A DNA stretch of 64,000 nt from Lytechinus pictus. Its lineage: Eukaryota. A model generated the notes under the pieces. That model was not told the origin of the DNA. It did no database searches and saw only the letters and a program-made list of their open reading frames with translations. The translations under genes were made by a program, and so were the position numbers. Each line of letters begins with the position of its first letter. The first letter of the stretch is position 1. Positions 22,054-33,612 of this stretch are shown here, piece by piece. The DNA lies in assembly GCF_037042905.1 (NCBI RefSeq), contig NC_087245.1, positions 3,846,001 to 3,910,000 of the forward strand, written 5' to 3'.

Positions 22054-25000
22054 TTTTATTGTATCCCCGAACAGAGTTCAGAGGATACGATAGTCCAGGA
22101 TAGAAGAGGTATAACCTTATTTTTTCAGATATACAATATTTTTCCATGGTTTCTTGTCAATTTGAGGGTGCTGATTACGAATCTGAATGATGCCACTCGT
22201 GTAACCTTGAGCATTTTCCGCAAATTGGCAAAATCCAATATGGCTGCCAAAATATGCAAATTACCCATGAAAATCATAAAATTGCCAGCAGATTGGCTAT
22301 AAAATGTATGTAATTGTGTTGCACGAGTGAAATACTCTCTGCAATAATGTTAAAAAAATATATTTATTTTCTTGATATTCAAAATGGCCGCCATATACCC
22401 TATTATGTAAAATATGAATAGGGAAAACTAATTTTCACAAAAATGATCCCTAAACTGCAAGTAATTGTGATCTATGGGCGAAGTAATGTATGAAAATCAT
22501 CAATGCTAACAAGATATATCATTAATTATGTCATATATGGGAAAATTGTTGTATTTTATATTGAAAATAGCCGCCACTGGCTCAAATAGTATTATATACT
22601 ATAGCAAAGGGGGCCAAAAAAAATCACAAGAGTGAGCACTAAAATGCATATTATTAAGATAAACGAGTGGAATACTGACTAAAAATATAATTGTTCACAA
22701 AATATATTATTTGATATGCCATTTTCATGGGATAAATGTTGTATTTTGATATTCAAAATGGCCGACAAATGCCCTAAAAGTAATATACAATGAGGAAGAG
22801 GACCAAAGAAATCACAAGAGTGAGCACTGAAATGCATTTATTTGTGATAAATAAATGGGATACTGTCTAAAAAAACATCATTTTCAACGAAATATATCAT
22901 TCAGGTTTAAAGTTTGTGTTTAATACTGTATTTTGACTTTCAAAATGGCCGCCATAGACATTGATTTTATTATGTACAATGCGATCTGGGAAATCAATTT
23001 TCACAGGAGTGAGCACCATAAATGCACATAATTCTGATCTATGAGTAAAATATTGTCTGAAAGCATAATTTCTAACAAGATATATCAGTTCTCCTGCTAG
23101 GTAGGTGATAAATACTGTATTTTGAAAGTCGAAATGGCCGCTACAGGCCCTAACATTATTATGTACAATGTGAATGGGGACAAATGATCTTAACAGATTT
23201 TCGCTTTGCTTGACTAAATGGTGGTGTATGAGTAAAATATTGTCTGACAACATGATTACTAACGAAATGTATCATATTATATAAAATATAGGTGATTAAT
23301 GTTATATTCAAAATTCAAAATGGCCGCCATATGCCCTTTTGAGAAAATTATCTGTCCTCATTCAAATTGTACATAATACAGTTAGGGCCTATGGCGGTCA
23401 TTTTCAATTTCAGAATGCAGCATTTATCACCTTAATTACACCAGATAATTATGATATATCTCGTAAGAAACCATGGTTTTAGACAATATTTCACTCTTAC
23501 ATCACAGTTACATGCATATTTTATTATTCCCACTGAATATAAGTTTTCCTAAACGCATGTAACATAATTTACTTAGGGCTTGTAGCGGCTATTTTCAATG
23601 TCAAAATACAGTATTTATCACTTACATTGTAGAAGAAATGCTATATTTCATAAAATTCATGCTTTCAAATAATATTTTAATCATACAAAAGGATTATATG
23701 GATTTCATAGTCAAGCAAATCCAAATTCTTACAAAATTACATGTCCCCATTCACATTGTAGATAATATTGTTAGGGCCTATATAGGGGCCATTTTGAATT
23801 TAACAATACAGCATTTATCTCATGCATGACAAAAGAAATGATATGTTAAGCTAGAAAACATGTTTTCATACAATATTTAACTCGTATATCACAATTACAT
23901 GCATTTCACGTTCTTATTCTTGTGAAAATTAGTTTCTCCATTCGCATTGTACATAATGTCAGGGCGTTTGGTGGCTTTTGAATACTAAAATGCTTCATTT
24001 ATTACATACATGACATAACAAATGATACATTTCGTTAGCAATCATGTTTTCATCCATTCGTTCACAATTACTTGCATTTAGTGCTCACTTTTGTGAAAAT
24101 TATTTTTCCACATTCATATTGTACATAATGTTGAATACAGCGGTCTATGGCGGCCATTTTACATATCAAGAAAATCAATATTTTTCAAAAATCGTTTTTT
24201 CAGAGTATTTCAATCCTGCAACACGATAGCATACATTTTATAGCCAATCTGCAGGCAGTTTTATGATTTTCATGGGTAATTTGCATATTTTGGTCACCTT
24301 ATTGGATTTTGCCAATTTGTGGAAAATGCTCAAGGTTACACGAGTGGCATCATTCAGATTCGTAATCAGCACCCTCGAATTGACAAGAAACCATCAAAAA
24401 ATATTGTATATATGTAAAAACAAGGTTTAGTCAATTTTCTATGGGGCCTATCCTGGACTACTATGGATTCGGCCTCGTCGCGCCTCCGCGTCCGCCGCAG
24501 AGATTTCCTTGTGAGCGCTCTATCAGCTGCATTTCTTCTCCGATCATCTTCAAATTCGGCATGAAGGTTGAGTATGGTATAGCGAAGAAGCCTATCGATT
24601 TGGGTGTGGGCGGAGACATCGTTGCCATGGTAACAAGAGTTTTTGTGGAAATAGCAGAGATGTCCTTGTGAGCGCTCTACCAGCTGCATTTCTTCTCCGA
24701 TCATCTTCAAATGTGGCATGAAGGTTGAGTATGGTATAGCGATTTTGGTGTGGGCGGAGACATCGTTGCCATGGTAACAAGTTTTTGTGGAAATAGCAGA
24801 GATGTCCTTGTGAGCGCTCTACCAGCTGCATTTCTTCTCCGATCATCTTGAAATGTGGCATGAAGGTCCATTATGGTAAAGCAAAGAAGCCTATCGATTT
24901 TGGTGTGGGCGCAGACATCGTTGCCATGGTAACAAGAGTATTTGTGGACATAGCAGAGATGTCCTTGTGAGCGCTCTACCAGCTGCATTTCTTCTCCGAT

Positions 25001-25626
25001 CATCTTCAAATGTGGCATGAAGGTTGAGTATGGTATAGCGAAGAAGCCTATCGATTTTGGTGTGGGCGGAGACATCGTTGCCATAGTAACAAGAGTTTTT
25101 GTGGAAATAGCAGAGATGTCCTTGTGAGCGCTCTACTGGCTGCATTTCTTCTCCAATTATCTTCTGATTTGTCATGAAGGTCCATTATGGTAAAGCAAAG
25201 CCGCCTATTGATTTTGGAGTGGGTGGAGACATGGTTGCCATGGTAACCATATTTTTGTGGAAAATTTGGTAAAACCTGTAACTTCTGTTTTTTTTCCAGT
25301 TTGTCTTAACAGTTGGCACACAGAAGCAATATTAGAAGGTGAAGCGAAGATGCCTATCATTTTTGTCGGGGGGTCTTAGGGTTAGGTTTATAAAATATAT
25401 CCAGATTACTCTATAATTGTATTCCCCAACACGTGATATTGGACAATATTTTAGGTTCTGCAGAGTCATGCTGCTACGTCATATTTTTGTCATCAAATTT
25501 GGTACCCACATGCAAAATGTGGGCAGGGTCATTGTCGCCATGACAATTGTATTTATTTGTCAAATATCTTTGTAAGCTCTATATACCGCAATGACGACCG
25601 CGCGACCCGCCGAGCATCTCTAGTTT
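22054..25626 (+). mobile_element. HINE-like element, family D, split by the foldback, with a 157-bp tandem array
   Basis: 5' GTATCCCCGAAC-AGA-GTTCAGAGGATAC (22061-22088) continues at 24461 into a GC-rich short-repeat tract, then about five units of 157 bp (one shortened) over 24500-25260. Confidence 0.65.
22091..24460. mobile_element. ~2.4-kb foldback non-autonomous DNA transposon (Academ-like TAG...CTA ends)
   Basis: Termini TAGTCCAGGATAG and CTATCCTGGACTA, long inverted arms with ~188-bp subrepeats and a centre near 23350. The flanks cga/cta are a probable 3-bp TSD with one mismatch. Confidence 0.75.
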
Positions 25627-26725
25627 CATTTAATTTTTTTGTGGGGTCTGGGGCATGTATGGATAGAAAAAAATTGTTATTTTATTGTCTCAGTCAAGTA
25701 GGTTTATATTACAAAGGTCCATTTAATTCGGGGTCTTCCAAGAATATTAAAATCAAGAAATTGAAGTAACTAAATTCTATTGATGAAATGAATGTACATG
25801 TAGAAAGGGTTCAGATACATAAGTCAAGGAATGAGTCATACACAGACAAATCTGCTATTTCATGCATGCAATCTGCTATTTTTGTTCCAGAGTATTTCAG
25901 GATTTTGTGAGCTTTGAAAGGAAGATGTATAGTGAAACAATTAAAGTTGGCTCGAGCCTCGAGATATGTGTAAATCATTGAAAACTGCACATCAGTATCA
26001 GAATTGTCTTGTCAGTCCCCTCTGAAAGCAAAGTTCTGGATAACATGAGTTAGTTTAATCAGCCTGTCTGCTCTTTTTCAATACATTACTAAAGATGGAT
26101 GACAGGCAGCAGGTGGTTGATACCTAAGCCTTTCTTTATACCTAAGCCTTTCTTTATACCCTAAATCTTGTTTTCAACTCATTGTCAATATCTTTACTGA
26201 TAACTTTGTTTTGAGGAAAAGACTCAAAGAATTTAAAGAGAATTTTTATTGGGGTGACCATATAAACTTTTGATTATTGCATCCAAGATTAAATATAGTT
26301 GACACAGGCAATATGATGAAACTCATTTTGTAGTTGCAATCTGTATACCTATGGGTTGCATATCCTCTGGTAAAACTATACCATGGCTTTATGGACATAG
26401 TAGTGTTTCTGTTTAATTTCTTTGAGTACATGTAGGCCAAAAATATGGTAGTGTGCTTTCCATTTCTAGAGTTTATTTCTGTTACCTACATGTATGCCCT
26501 CTAACTATTTGAAGTAGGATACAGTTGTAGGTAACCTAAAGAACTCTGAAAGCAGACATGTCACTATGCCTGTCTATATTAGCTAAAGAAATACCATTTC
26601 TGATTCAGCACATCTAATTGAGAACAATCTGTAACAAAGATTGTTGACTCATTTAATTTCCACGTCAAGGTCAAAGAAGGTCACATCCTATTTTATATGT
26701 TCTTCTTTCTGGTTTTATGCAATAG

Positions 26726-26956
26726 GTTTACCACTTTTAGTCCAGCGTACCATCGCTCGTCAGATTGTCATTCAGGACTGCATTGGAAAAGGGCGGTATG
26801 GTGAAGTGTACAAGGGTAAATGGCGAGGCGAGTCTGTTGCTGTGAAGATATTTAGCTCTCGTGAGGAGCGTTCTTGGTTCCGTGAAGCTGAGATCTACCA
26901 GACTGTGATGCTTCGACATGAGAACATCCTTGGTTTTATTGCTGCAGATAATAAAG
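26726..26956 (+). CDS. alk4/5/7: ALK4/5/7 exon: end of GS box and kinase N-lobe
   Basis: Encodes (G)[76 protein letters not shown]. aatAG acceptor, G|GTAATC donor, 231 nt. Confidence 0.98.
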
Positions 26957-27189
26957 GTAATCAATGCTTTGGATATAGGATACGATAGGGATATATCTGT
27001 ATGCATTTCAGTACATAGTATTTGAATGTGCTTTTTGTGCTAATTGACACTGTGTAAGTTTACGGTATATTGTTACTAACCTCACGAGGAGTGTGAACCT
27101 TACAAAAAAAATGTTATTAAAATAATAAAAGGGAACAAGACTGAAATTCAATCTAGATTCAGACCTGGTATTTTTGTTTGTCCTTTAGT

Positions 27190-27505
27190 CAGGGTTCCCA
27201 CAGTCATGGAAAATCCTGGAAAAATTTGTGGTCTTGGAAAGTCAGGGAATAGTATTAAAGGGAATTTGGAAAATTTGTGAAAAGTCATGGAAAAGTCATG
27301 AAATTGCATTTACCTCTTAGCTATGGCAGCTTTCCAGTTTGTCATGTCTCGCAACTCTTATACTCTGTGATCATACTTTGCTACTATAATTGGTGTTCAT
27401 AATTTCCATTTTTGCCAGTTTTGTGACATCCAAAATTCTACATAACTCCTGGGACGTCATGGAAAAGTCATGGAATTCTGTTTTCAAATTTCTGTGGGAA
27501 CCCTG
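27190..27505. mobile_element. hAT-like MITE
   Basis: TIRs CAGGGTTCCCACAG and CTGTGGGAACCCTG with internal gtcatggaaaa repeats. No TSD is evident. Confidence 0.65.
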
Positions 27506-28380
27506 CTACAATAAATTTGTTTTGCCCTTTTCCTCCCTTTTACAACTCCTTTTTTTTTAGCTGGTGTCTAAGGCCCTACAGTCCCACCCTATGGAAAAAA
27601 AGTATGAGGTGTAGGGTAGTGATTGCTAGAGCAAGATTTGGGTTTATGATTTCCACACTCTAGGGGTTGGAGTTCAGACTTTGATTTGTCTAAAACTTAA
27701 AAAAACAGCCACAAACCCTTAATTATTTTTGTCACCTAAATTTTGTTTTGGCCGGTGTAATTAGGATGGAAATTGTATTGTTATGAGATTTTTATTACTA
27801 TTCATTATGTTTAACACCATTTAAAAAACAGCTAAAAGCCTAATGTTAATCTGACTAGGGTATTCCATTTTAAGAAAATGATTATGACAGGGAATGCAGA
27901 CTCATTAATATCCTGCAGTAATTGGCACATATTTATATACCCACCTGAACTACTAGGAATACAATCCTCCATCATGTGGTGAAAACTGTATGTATTCAAC
28001 AGGGTCAATGACGGTTTCCTTATAGCCCATGATACTCATTGTAAGTATCATTGTTTGGAACAGAAAATTTCATGAAATGCATTTTTTGTACATAGTTTTC
28101 CCCATTTTGCCTGTAAACAAATGAGATTATTGCCTTTTCACTTTAAACCTCATCTTCATGGCTGTGTCATTCTTGTCCCAATTCATTTGGATGCCATGCT
28201 ATAGGTCATCTATTTTCTTCTCCACAAGCCTACCATTGCTTTCTTTGCAGTAGGGTATTAAAAAGGAATAAATTTGTTACAAGTAATTGAGTCTATAAAG
28301 TACACAAAAATATAATGCACTTGATTTATACTCTTCTTGTATTTTACAATATGAATGTGGAATATTCTCTATTTTATTAG

Positions 28381-28548
28381 ACAATGGAACATGGACGCAG
28401 CTTATCCTTGTCAGTGACTACCATGAGAATGGATCCCTCTTTGACTACCTGAATGCCCATTCAATTGATGTACCTGGAATGTTGAGAATGGCACTCTCTA
28501 TTTCTACTGGACTAGCTCATCTACACATGGAGATCATGGGCATGCAAG
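28381..28548 (+). CDS. alk4/5/7: ALK4/5/7 kinase exon carrying the L45 loop (not in ORF track)
   Basis: Encodes (D)NGTWTQLILVSDYHENGSLFDYLNAHSIDVPGMLRMALSISTGLAHLHMEIMGMQ(G). The spliced ADNKDNGTW L45 loop is the Smad2/3-type signature. ttattAG acceptor, G|GTATGG donor, 168 nt. Confidence 0.97.
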
Positions 28549-29250
28549 GTATGGTGTCTTGGAATGAAAAAACAATTATATGATACATATCTTTCTTTAG
28601 AACCACTACATAGTTTAGGCCCTTCCAGCTTCTGCAGATTGTCTATGGGCACCTGATTGCTATATACTTGTCCCATTGCATGATGCTGCTGAAGAGAGAC
28701 CTACATGTATGCAAGATTTTTTGTACAAGGAATTTGTCCTTGAAATTTCTTGCAACAGTAGATCTCTCAGGATTTGCTCAGTTATCAGGATATCATTTTT
28801 TTTTTACTATATATGACGTAGGTAAAATGTAGGATGCAAAACCCAAGTATATCGAGGTGAAAGTGATGAAGAATGTCTTCATGTAATACCATCTTGATAT
28901 GTGAGATATATTGAATCAATTTTTGGATCTGTCCTGATGTTGTGAAAATATGAATGTTTCAATTTTGATTATTTCATATATCATTACATATTTTAGCTTT
29001 TGAAACCTTGTATGAAATATTAGTTTTAATGGACATGGGTAGTCCAACCTGTAGAGTACTGGCAATCATGCATCTGATTAAACATGTATGGGAAAAGGGC
29101 AATTAGTAATAAAAAAAAATGTTGATATACAAATGGCAAACATGTAACAAATTAAAATTCATTGAACAATGTAGTCATACCACAAGTCATCAGTTAATAC
29201 AGATGAATTCATCAGCCAGACTAAAATAATTTTCTTGTTTGTATCTCCAG

Positions 29251-29397
29251 GTAAACCAGCCATTGCCCACCGAGACATCAAGTCCAAGAACATCCTGGTT
29301 AAACGCAATGGTCAGTGTGCTATTGCTGATTTGGGACTTGCGGTCAGACATGACTCTGTCACAGATACAGTAGACATCTTCCCCAACAATCGCATAG
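29251..29397 (+). CDS. alk4/5/7: ALK4/5/7 kinase exon: catalytic loop and DLG motif
   Basis: Encodes (G)[48 protein letters not shown](G). ctccAG acceptor, G|GTAAAT donor, 147 nt. Confidence 0.97.
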
Positions 29398-29809
29398 GTA
29401 AATTGAAGCTCGTGAACATTTTTGAAAATAGATGATAGAAAGATGATAAAAGTGTTAGTTGATGAGCTAGCAAGGCTCTTGGCAAGTATTACTGGAATAC
29501 CTTTGGTCATAATTAGAGTTAAATTGCCACTTGGTCCTCACCCACTTTTTCTACTTTGCAATTGGTCTCATTCCATAAGGTCTAATCCTTCTTTGTCTAC
29601 AACTGGTTCATCTAACCGTTTGGTCTTATTACCGTTAAGCACATTTAACATTTCGTCCAATTTTGTTCACGCTTTATTCACTTTGTTAAATATCAATGTG
29701 GTCATTTAGTCTAGATATTATTAGATGAGCTGTGTATGAACCAAATTTTATTTTGACAATGCAAAATAATAAGCAGACAAAGTGGAAATTAATTCATCCA
29801 AGAATCATC

Positions 29810-30552
29810 TGAGAATGAGACCACCTGCCAGTAGACCAAGTGGGTTTAGCCATGATGATGTTAGATGATCAGAGAATTAGACCATTTGCTAGTAGACTAA
29901 GCGGGTTTAGCCATGATGATGTTAGATGATCAAAGAATTAGACCATTTGCTAGTAGACTAAGCAGGTTTAGCCATGATGATGTTAGATGATCAGAGAATT
30001 ATACCATTTGCTAGTAGACTAAGCGGGTTTAGCCATGATGGTGATAGACAGTTTTGGAATTAAGACCATCTGCTAATAGACCAAGTGGGTTTATCAATGA
30101 TGGTGTTAGACAGTATGAGAATTATACCATTTGCTAGTAGACCAAGTGAGTTTATCTATGATGGTGTTATGACAATTTGAGAAATAGACAATCTGCTAGT
30201 AGACCTAGTGGTTTTAGCCATGATGGTATTAGATGATTTGAGAATAATTTGTTAACAATTTTCGGAATTACTCCTATTTGTTCAAAATATATGCTCGATC
30301 TGTAATGAAAATCATAAGTCAGAATAGCCTGGTGGTTAAGTCGCTGTCCGGAATGCAGGAGATGGCAGATCTAATCGCACTGGTTCCAATTTTTTCTTAT
30401 TGACTTATGATTTTCATTACAGATCGAGCATAGCGATCTTAAACAAATAGGAGTAATGCCGAAAATTTGTTAACAAATGATAATTTTCTCCTATTAAAGC
30501 ATCTTTATTTAGTATGATTTGAGAATTAGACCATCTACTAGTAGACTAAGTG
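29810..30552 (+). repeat. 61-bp minisatellite (~7 units), interrupted at ~30246-30515
   Basis: Unit gagaattagaccatttgctagtagactaagcgggtttagccatgatgatgttagatgatca, with a period of 61-62 bp. Confidence 0.85.
30249..30477 (+). mobile_element. Inverted-repeat element enclosing a degenerate tRNA-like sequence
   Basis: Arms 30249-30321 and 30401-30477 are reverse complements. The loop holds TAGCCTGGTGG (A-box-like), a degenerate T-loop, TCCA and T6. Confidence 0.6.
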
Positions 30553-30737
30553 AATACAATCCAATTAGAGACATGACCATAAAGTATCCCACAGACATCT
30601 GCATTATACGAATGGTATAATGCAGATGTATAATGGTGGTATAATGGTGTTGTGCTTATCCATCACCAGCATGATTTACTTTATAATTTGAGAACCTTGC
30701 AGGAAGTCATTAAATGTGTTGTGTGTTGGTGAGAAAG

Positions 30738-30908
30738 TGATGAGTGCTACGATGATGATGACGACAATGATGACGATGATGGTGACGAGGATGATGATGA
30801 TAATGAAGAAGATGATGGTGATGATGATGATAATCATGATGATGTTGATGATGATCATGATAATGATGAAGATGATGTTGATGATGATGATGGTGGTGGT
30901 GATGGTGA
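30738..30908 (+). repeat. Imperfect (GAT)n microsatellite
   Basis: About 170 bp of gat/ggt/aat triplets, ending ~40 bp upstream of the acceptor at 30949. Confidence 0.95.
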
Positions 30909-30949
30909 TTTTGACATTGATATCTTTCTGTATCTTGATGTCATTTCAG

Positions 30950-31084
30950 GTACAAAGCGTTACATGGCTCCAGAGGTGTTAGATGATACCATTAACATGA
31001 ATCACTTTGATTCCTTCAAGCGGGCTGATGTATATTCCTTTGGATTAGTACTATGGGAGACAGGAAGAAGATGCTCAGTATTTG
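30950..31084 (+). CDS. alk4/5/7: ALK4/5/7 kinase exon: GTKRYMAPE region
   Basis: Encodes (G)[44 protein letters not shown](G). tttcAG acceptor, G|GTAAGT donor, 135 nt. Confidence 0.97.
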
Positions 31085-31394
31085 GTAAGTTTCCTACTTT
31101 ACATTTACTAGGAAAATTAATGTGTCCTGTATACTTGAAAATGAAAATAGTGACTGTTTTTAGGGATTCAGAAATTCTCTCTTTAGGGGGGGGGGGGGGG
31201 GCATTGCTCTTACCAAGTATCTTTTGATAAGGAGTATTAATATTTTGGAGAGAGAAAAAGAGCAGTATTCACTCTTGTGTTTCTTTGTAATCAGTCTACA
31301 GTGATATGTGAGTATGCATTCACATATGGATGGTTATTAGATTATTAGGGCAATCCCATAAAATGATCAACCTTTTTGTACGACCGACCCCCAT

Positions 31395-32096
31395 TTATGT
31401 CTCGCCTGCATAGCAGAGTGAGACTAAAGGCGCCACTTTTCCGACGATGGCGGCGGGCGGCGGCATCAACATCAAATCTTAACCTAAAGTTAAATTTTTG
31501 AAATGACATCATAACTTAGAAAGCATATGGACCTAGTTCATGAAACTTACAAATAAGGGTAATCAATTATCACTGAACATCCTGTGCGAGTTTCAGGTCA
31601 CATGACCAAGGTCAAAGGTTATTTAGGGTCAATGAAATTTGGCGATGTTGGGGTTATTTGTTGAATTACTAACGTTTCTTTGGAAGTTTATGGAGCTAGT
31701 TCATAAAACTAGACATTAGAGTAATCTAGTATCACTGAACATCCTGTGCGAGTTTCAGGTCACATGACCAAGGTCAAAGGTCATTTAGGGTCAATGAACT
31801 TTGGTCATGTTATGGGTATTTGTTGAATTGGCATCATAACTTAGAAAGTTTATGAATGTAGTTCATGAAACATTGACATAAGGGTAATTAAGTATAAATG
31901 ATTGTTTTGCACACATCTTAGATCACATGATCATGGTCAAAGGTCATTTTGTGTTTATGGACATTTATTATTTATTTATTATCATATAAATGTTTTCTTT
32001 TGTGAATAATTATTCAATAGCTGTATTCAAAGTCAGCACTACTGCTATATCGAATCGCATAATGCAGGCGAGACTGCCAGAGGCGTTCCACTTGTT
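31395..32096 (+). mobile_element. HINE/DINE-1-like element, family C
   Basis: 5' GTCTCGCCTGCAT...GAGAC, (GGC)n tract, ~162-bp tandem units, then 3' ATGCAGGCGAGAC and a short end motif. Confidence 0.75.
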
Positions 32097-32240
32097 CTCA
32101 GTTCTTACTTTACTTCATTAACTGGAAAAAAAAATTGGTGGGAGGAAAAGCAAGAAGTGAAGAAGGTGGGGTTAGAGTGGAGAATTTATTTAAAGATTAG
32201 CTACTGAAATGAAATGCCATATTTGTGTTCATGTATATAG

Positions 32241-32371
32241 GTATCCATGAAGAGTTTTGTCTACCGTACCACCCATGGGTACCAATGGATCCTCCTATTG
32301 AAGAAATGAGGAGGATAGTGTGTGTTGAGAAGAGGAGACCACCGATTCCTAACAGATGGAACAGTCATAAG
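32241..32371 (+). CDS. alk4/5/7: ALK4/5/7 kinase exon (not in ORF track)
   Basis: Encodes (G)[43 protein letters not shown]. tatAG acceptor, AAG|GTAAAC donor (phase 0), 131 nt. Confidence 0.96.
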
Positions 32372-33348
32372 GTAAACTACTAAACAGCTATTTAATTATC
32401 GATACTGTTGAAAAATTGCCATTCTTTAAATAATCACCAGAAAATGACTACTAGTCTATTTTTTTGGTTTTATAGGTGAGAATATTTCGTTATAGTGGCT
32501 ACATTAAAATAATTGTTCTCAGCATTTAAGAAAAGAATGCTGATGTTTTTTTTTTCACCCATGATATTTTATTCCATGATGCAACTAGTAAAATGACTAA
32601 TATGTTCATAGTTAATCCCAAACCTTACCCTAATCCTAATACTAATCACATCTTTCTGAACCAAATACTGCGTCACAGCCCTAACCCTTACCCGATGTCT
32701 TCAGATAATTTTTAGTCTAGATTAATAATTGCAGTAGCTGGTGTTGGGTCTCTGATAATTCCCTCATGTAGGTATGCTCTCCACAGCACTGGCTTCTTAT
32801 TTATATAACTCCCTTCCCAAATGTATTGGTTATTATAAAAATAGAAATATCTGATATATTGTTAGAATGCTATTAATCGAATAAAAACTTGTGCAGCCCT
32901 TTTGTATATCTTTTCTCTTAGATTCATTATTTATATTCACATTTGTTTAAATTCCTTACAGTCATGAGAACCTGGACTGTTGGCATCATTTGAACATTAT
33001 GATAGCTGCATTTTATATTCGATAAGATAGTTGGTATTGACATATCCATAACAGAAAGAAATGATTTTATTTCCTTTTAATTCAAGTCTTGCTCATATGA
33101 TCTCACTCTCTTCTTTCATATTAACCATTTCCTGTCTATCACTCATTACACAGTTAAGAATGCACTGAGTTCTGACATCTGTATGCCATTTTATAAGTAC
33201 TTTGTTGAATATAATTTCTTTTGCTTCATTTTCAAACATCTGTGTTGATTTCTATCTCACATGTTCTCAGGCTTTTTCACTTTCTTTAAAAATAATTTGA
33301 ACTGGGATCACTTTATTAATTTTCATTCTACCCTTGTTGCTTATGCAG

Positions 33349-33612
33349 ATCATGGAATCTTATGCTAAGGTGATTAAGGAGTGTTGGTATCAGAACGGAG
33401 CTGCCCGTCTCACTGCACTCCGTATCAAGAAGACCTTGGCTGGTTTGATGGGACCTTCAGAACCAGAGGTCTTACTCCCACCGGCAAACATGCAGAATAC
33501 ATGTGACCCCTCGCAGAGCGGGGACGACCTCAAGGGGAGACTACCCCCCTCTGCCATCATCCCTACCTCGCATCCTCCGGTTGGTCCTAACCCATACCCA
33601 ATCCTCAGCTAG
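33349..33612 (+). CDS. alk4/5/7: ALK4/5/7 last coding exon with extended Pro-rich C-terminus
   Basis: atgcAG acceptor. Encodes [33 protein letters not shown] followed by [12 protein letters not shown]...[13 protein letters not shown] and TAG. Confidence 0.95.
   Translation: MMESYAKVIKECWYQNGAARLTALRIKKTLAGLMGPSEPEVLLPPANMQNTCDPSQSGDDLKGRLPPSAIIPTSHPPVGPNPYPILS

Noticed and set aside
24366..25175. Overlapping repetitive ORFs
   Set aside because: They arise from the 157-bp tandem array of a non-autonomous element.
29810..30245. Regularly spaced repeats resembling a CRISPR array
   Set aside because: Whole units repeat with no unique spacers, the context is a eukaryotic intron, and there are no cas genes.
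30716..30982. Poly-Met ORF and the opposite poly-Ile ORF
   Set aside because: Both are translations of the (GAT)n microsatellite.
32615..32695. Telomere-like CCCTAA words
   Set aside because: They are few, degenerate and internal, and more likely remnants of an interspersed repeat.
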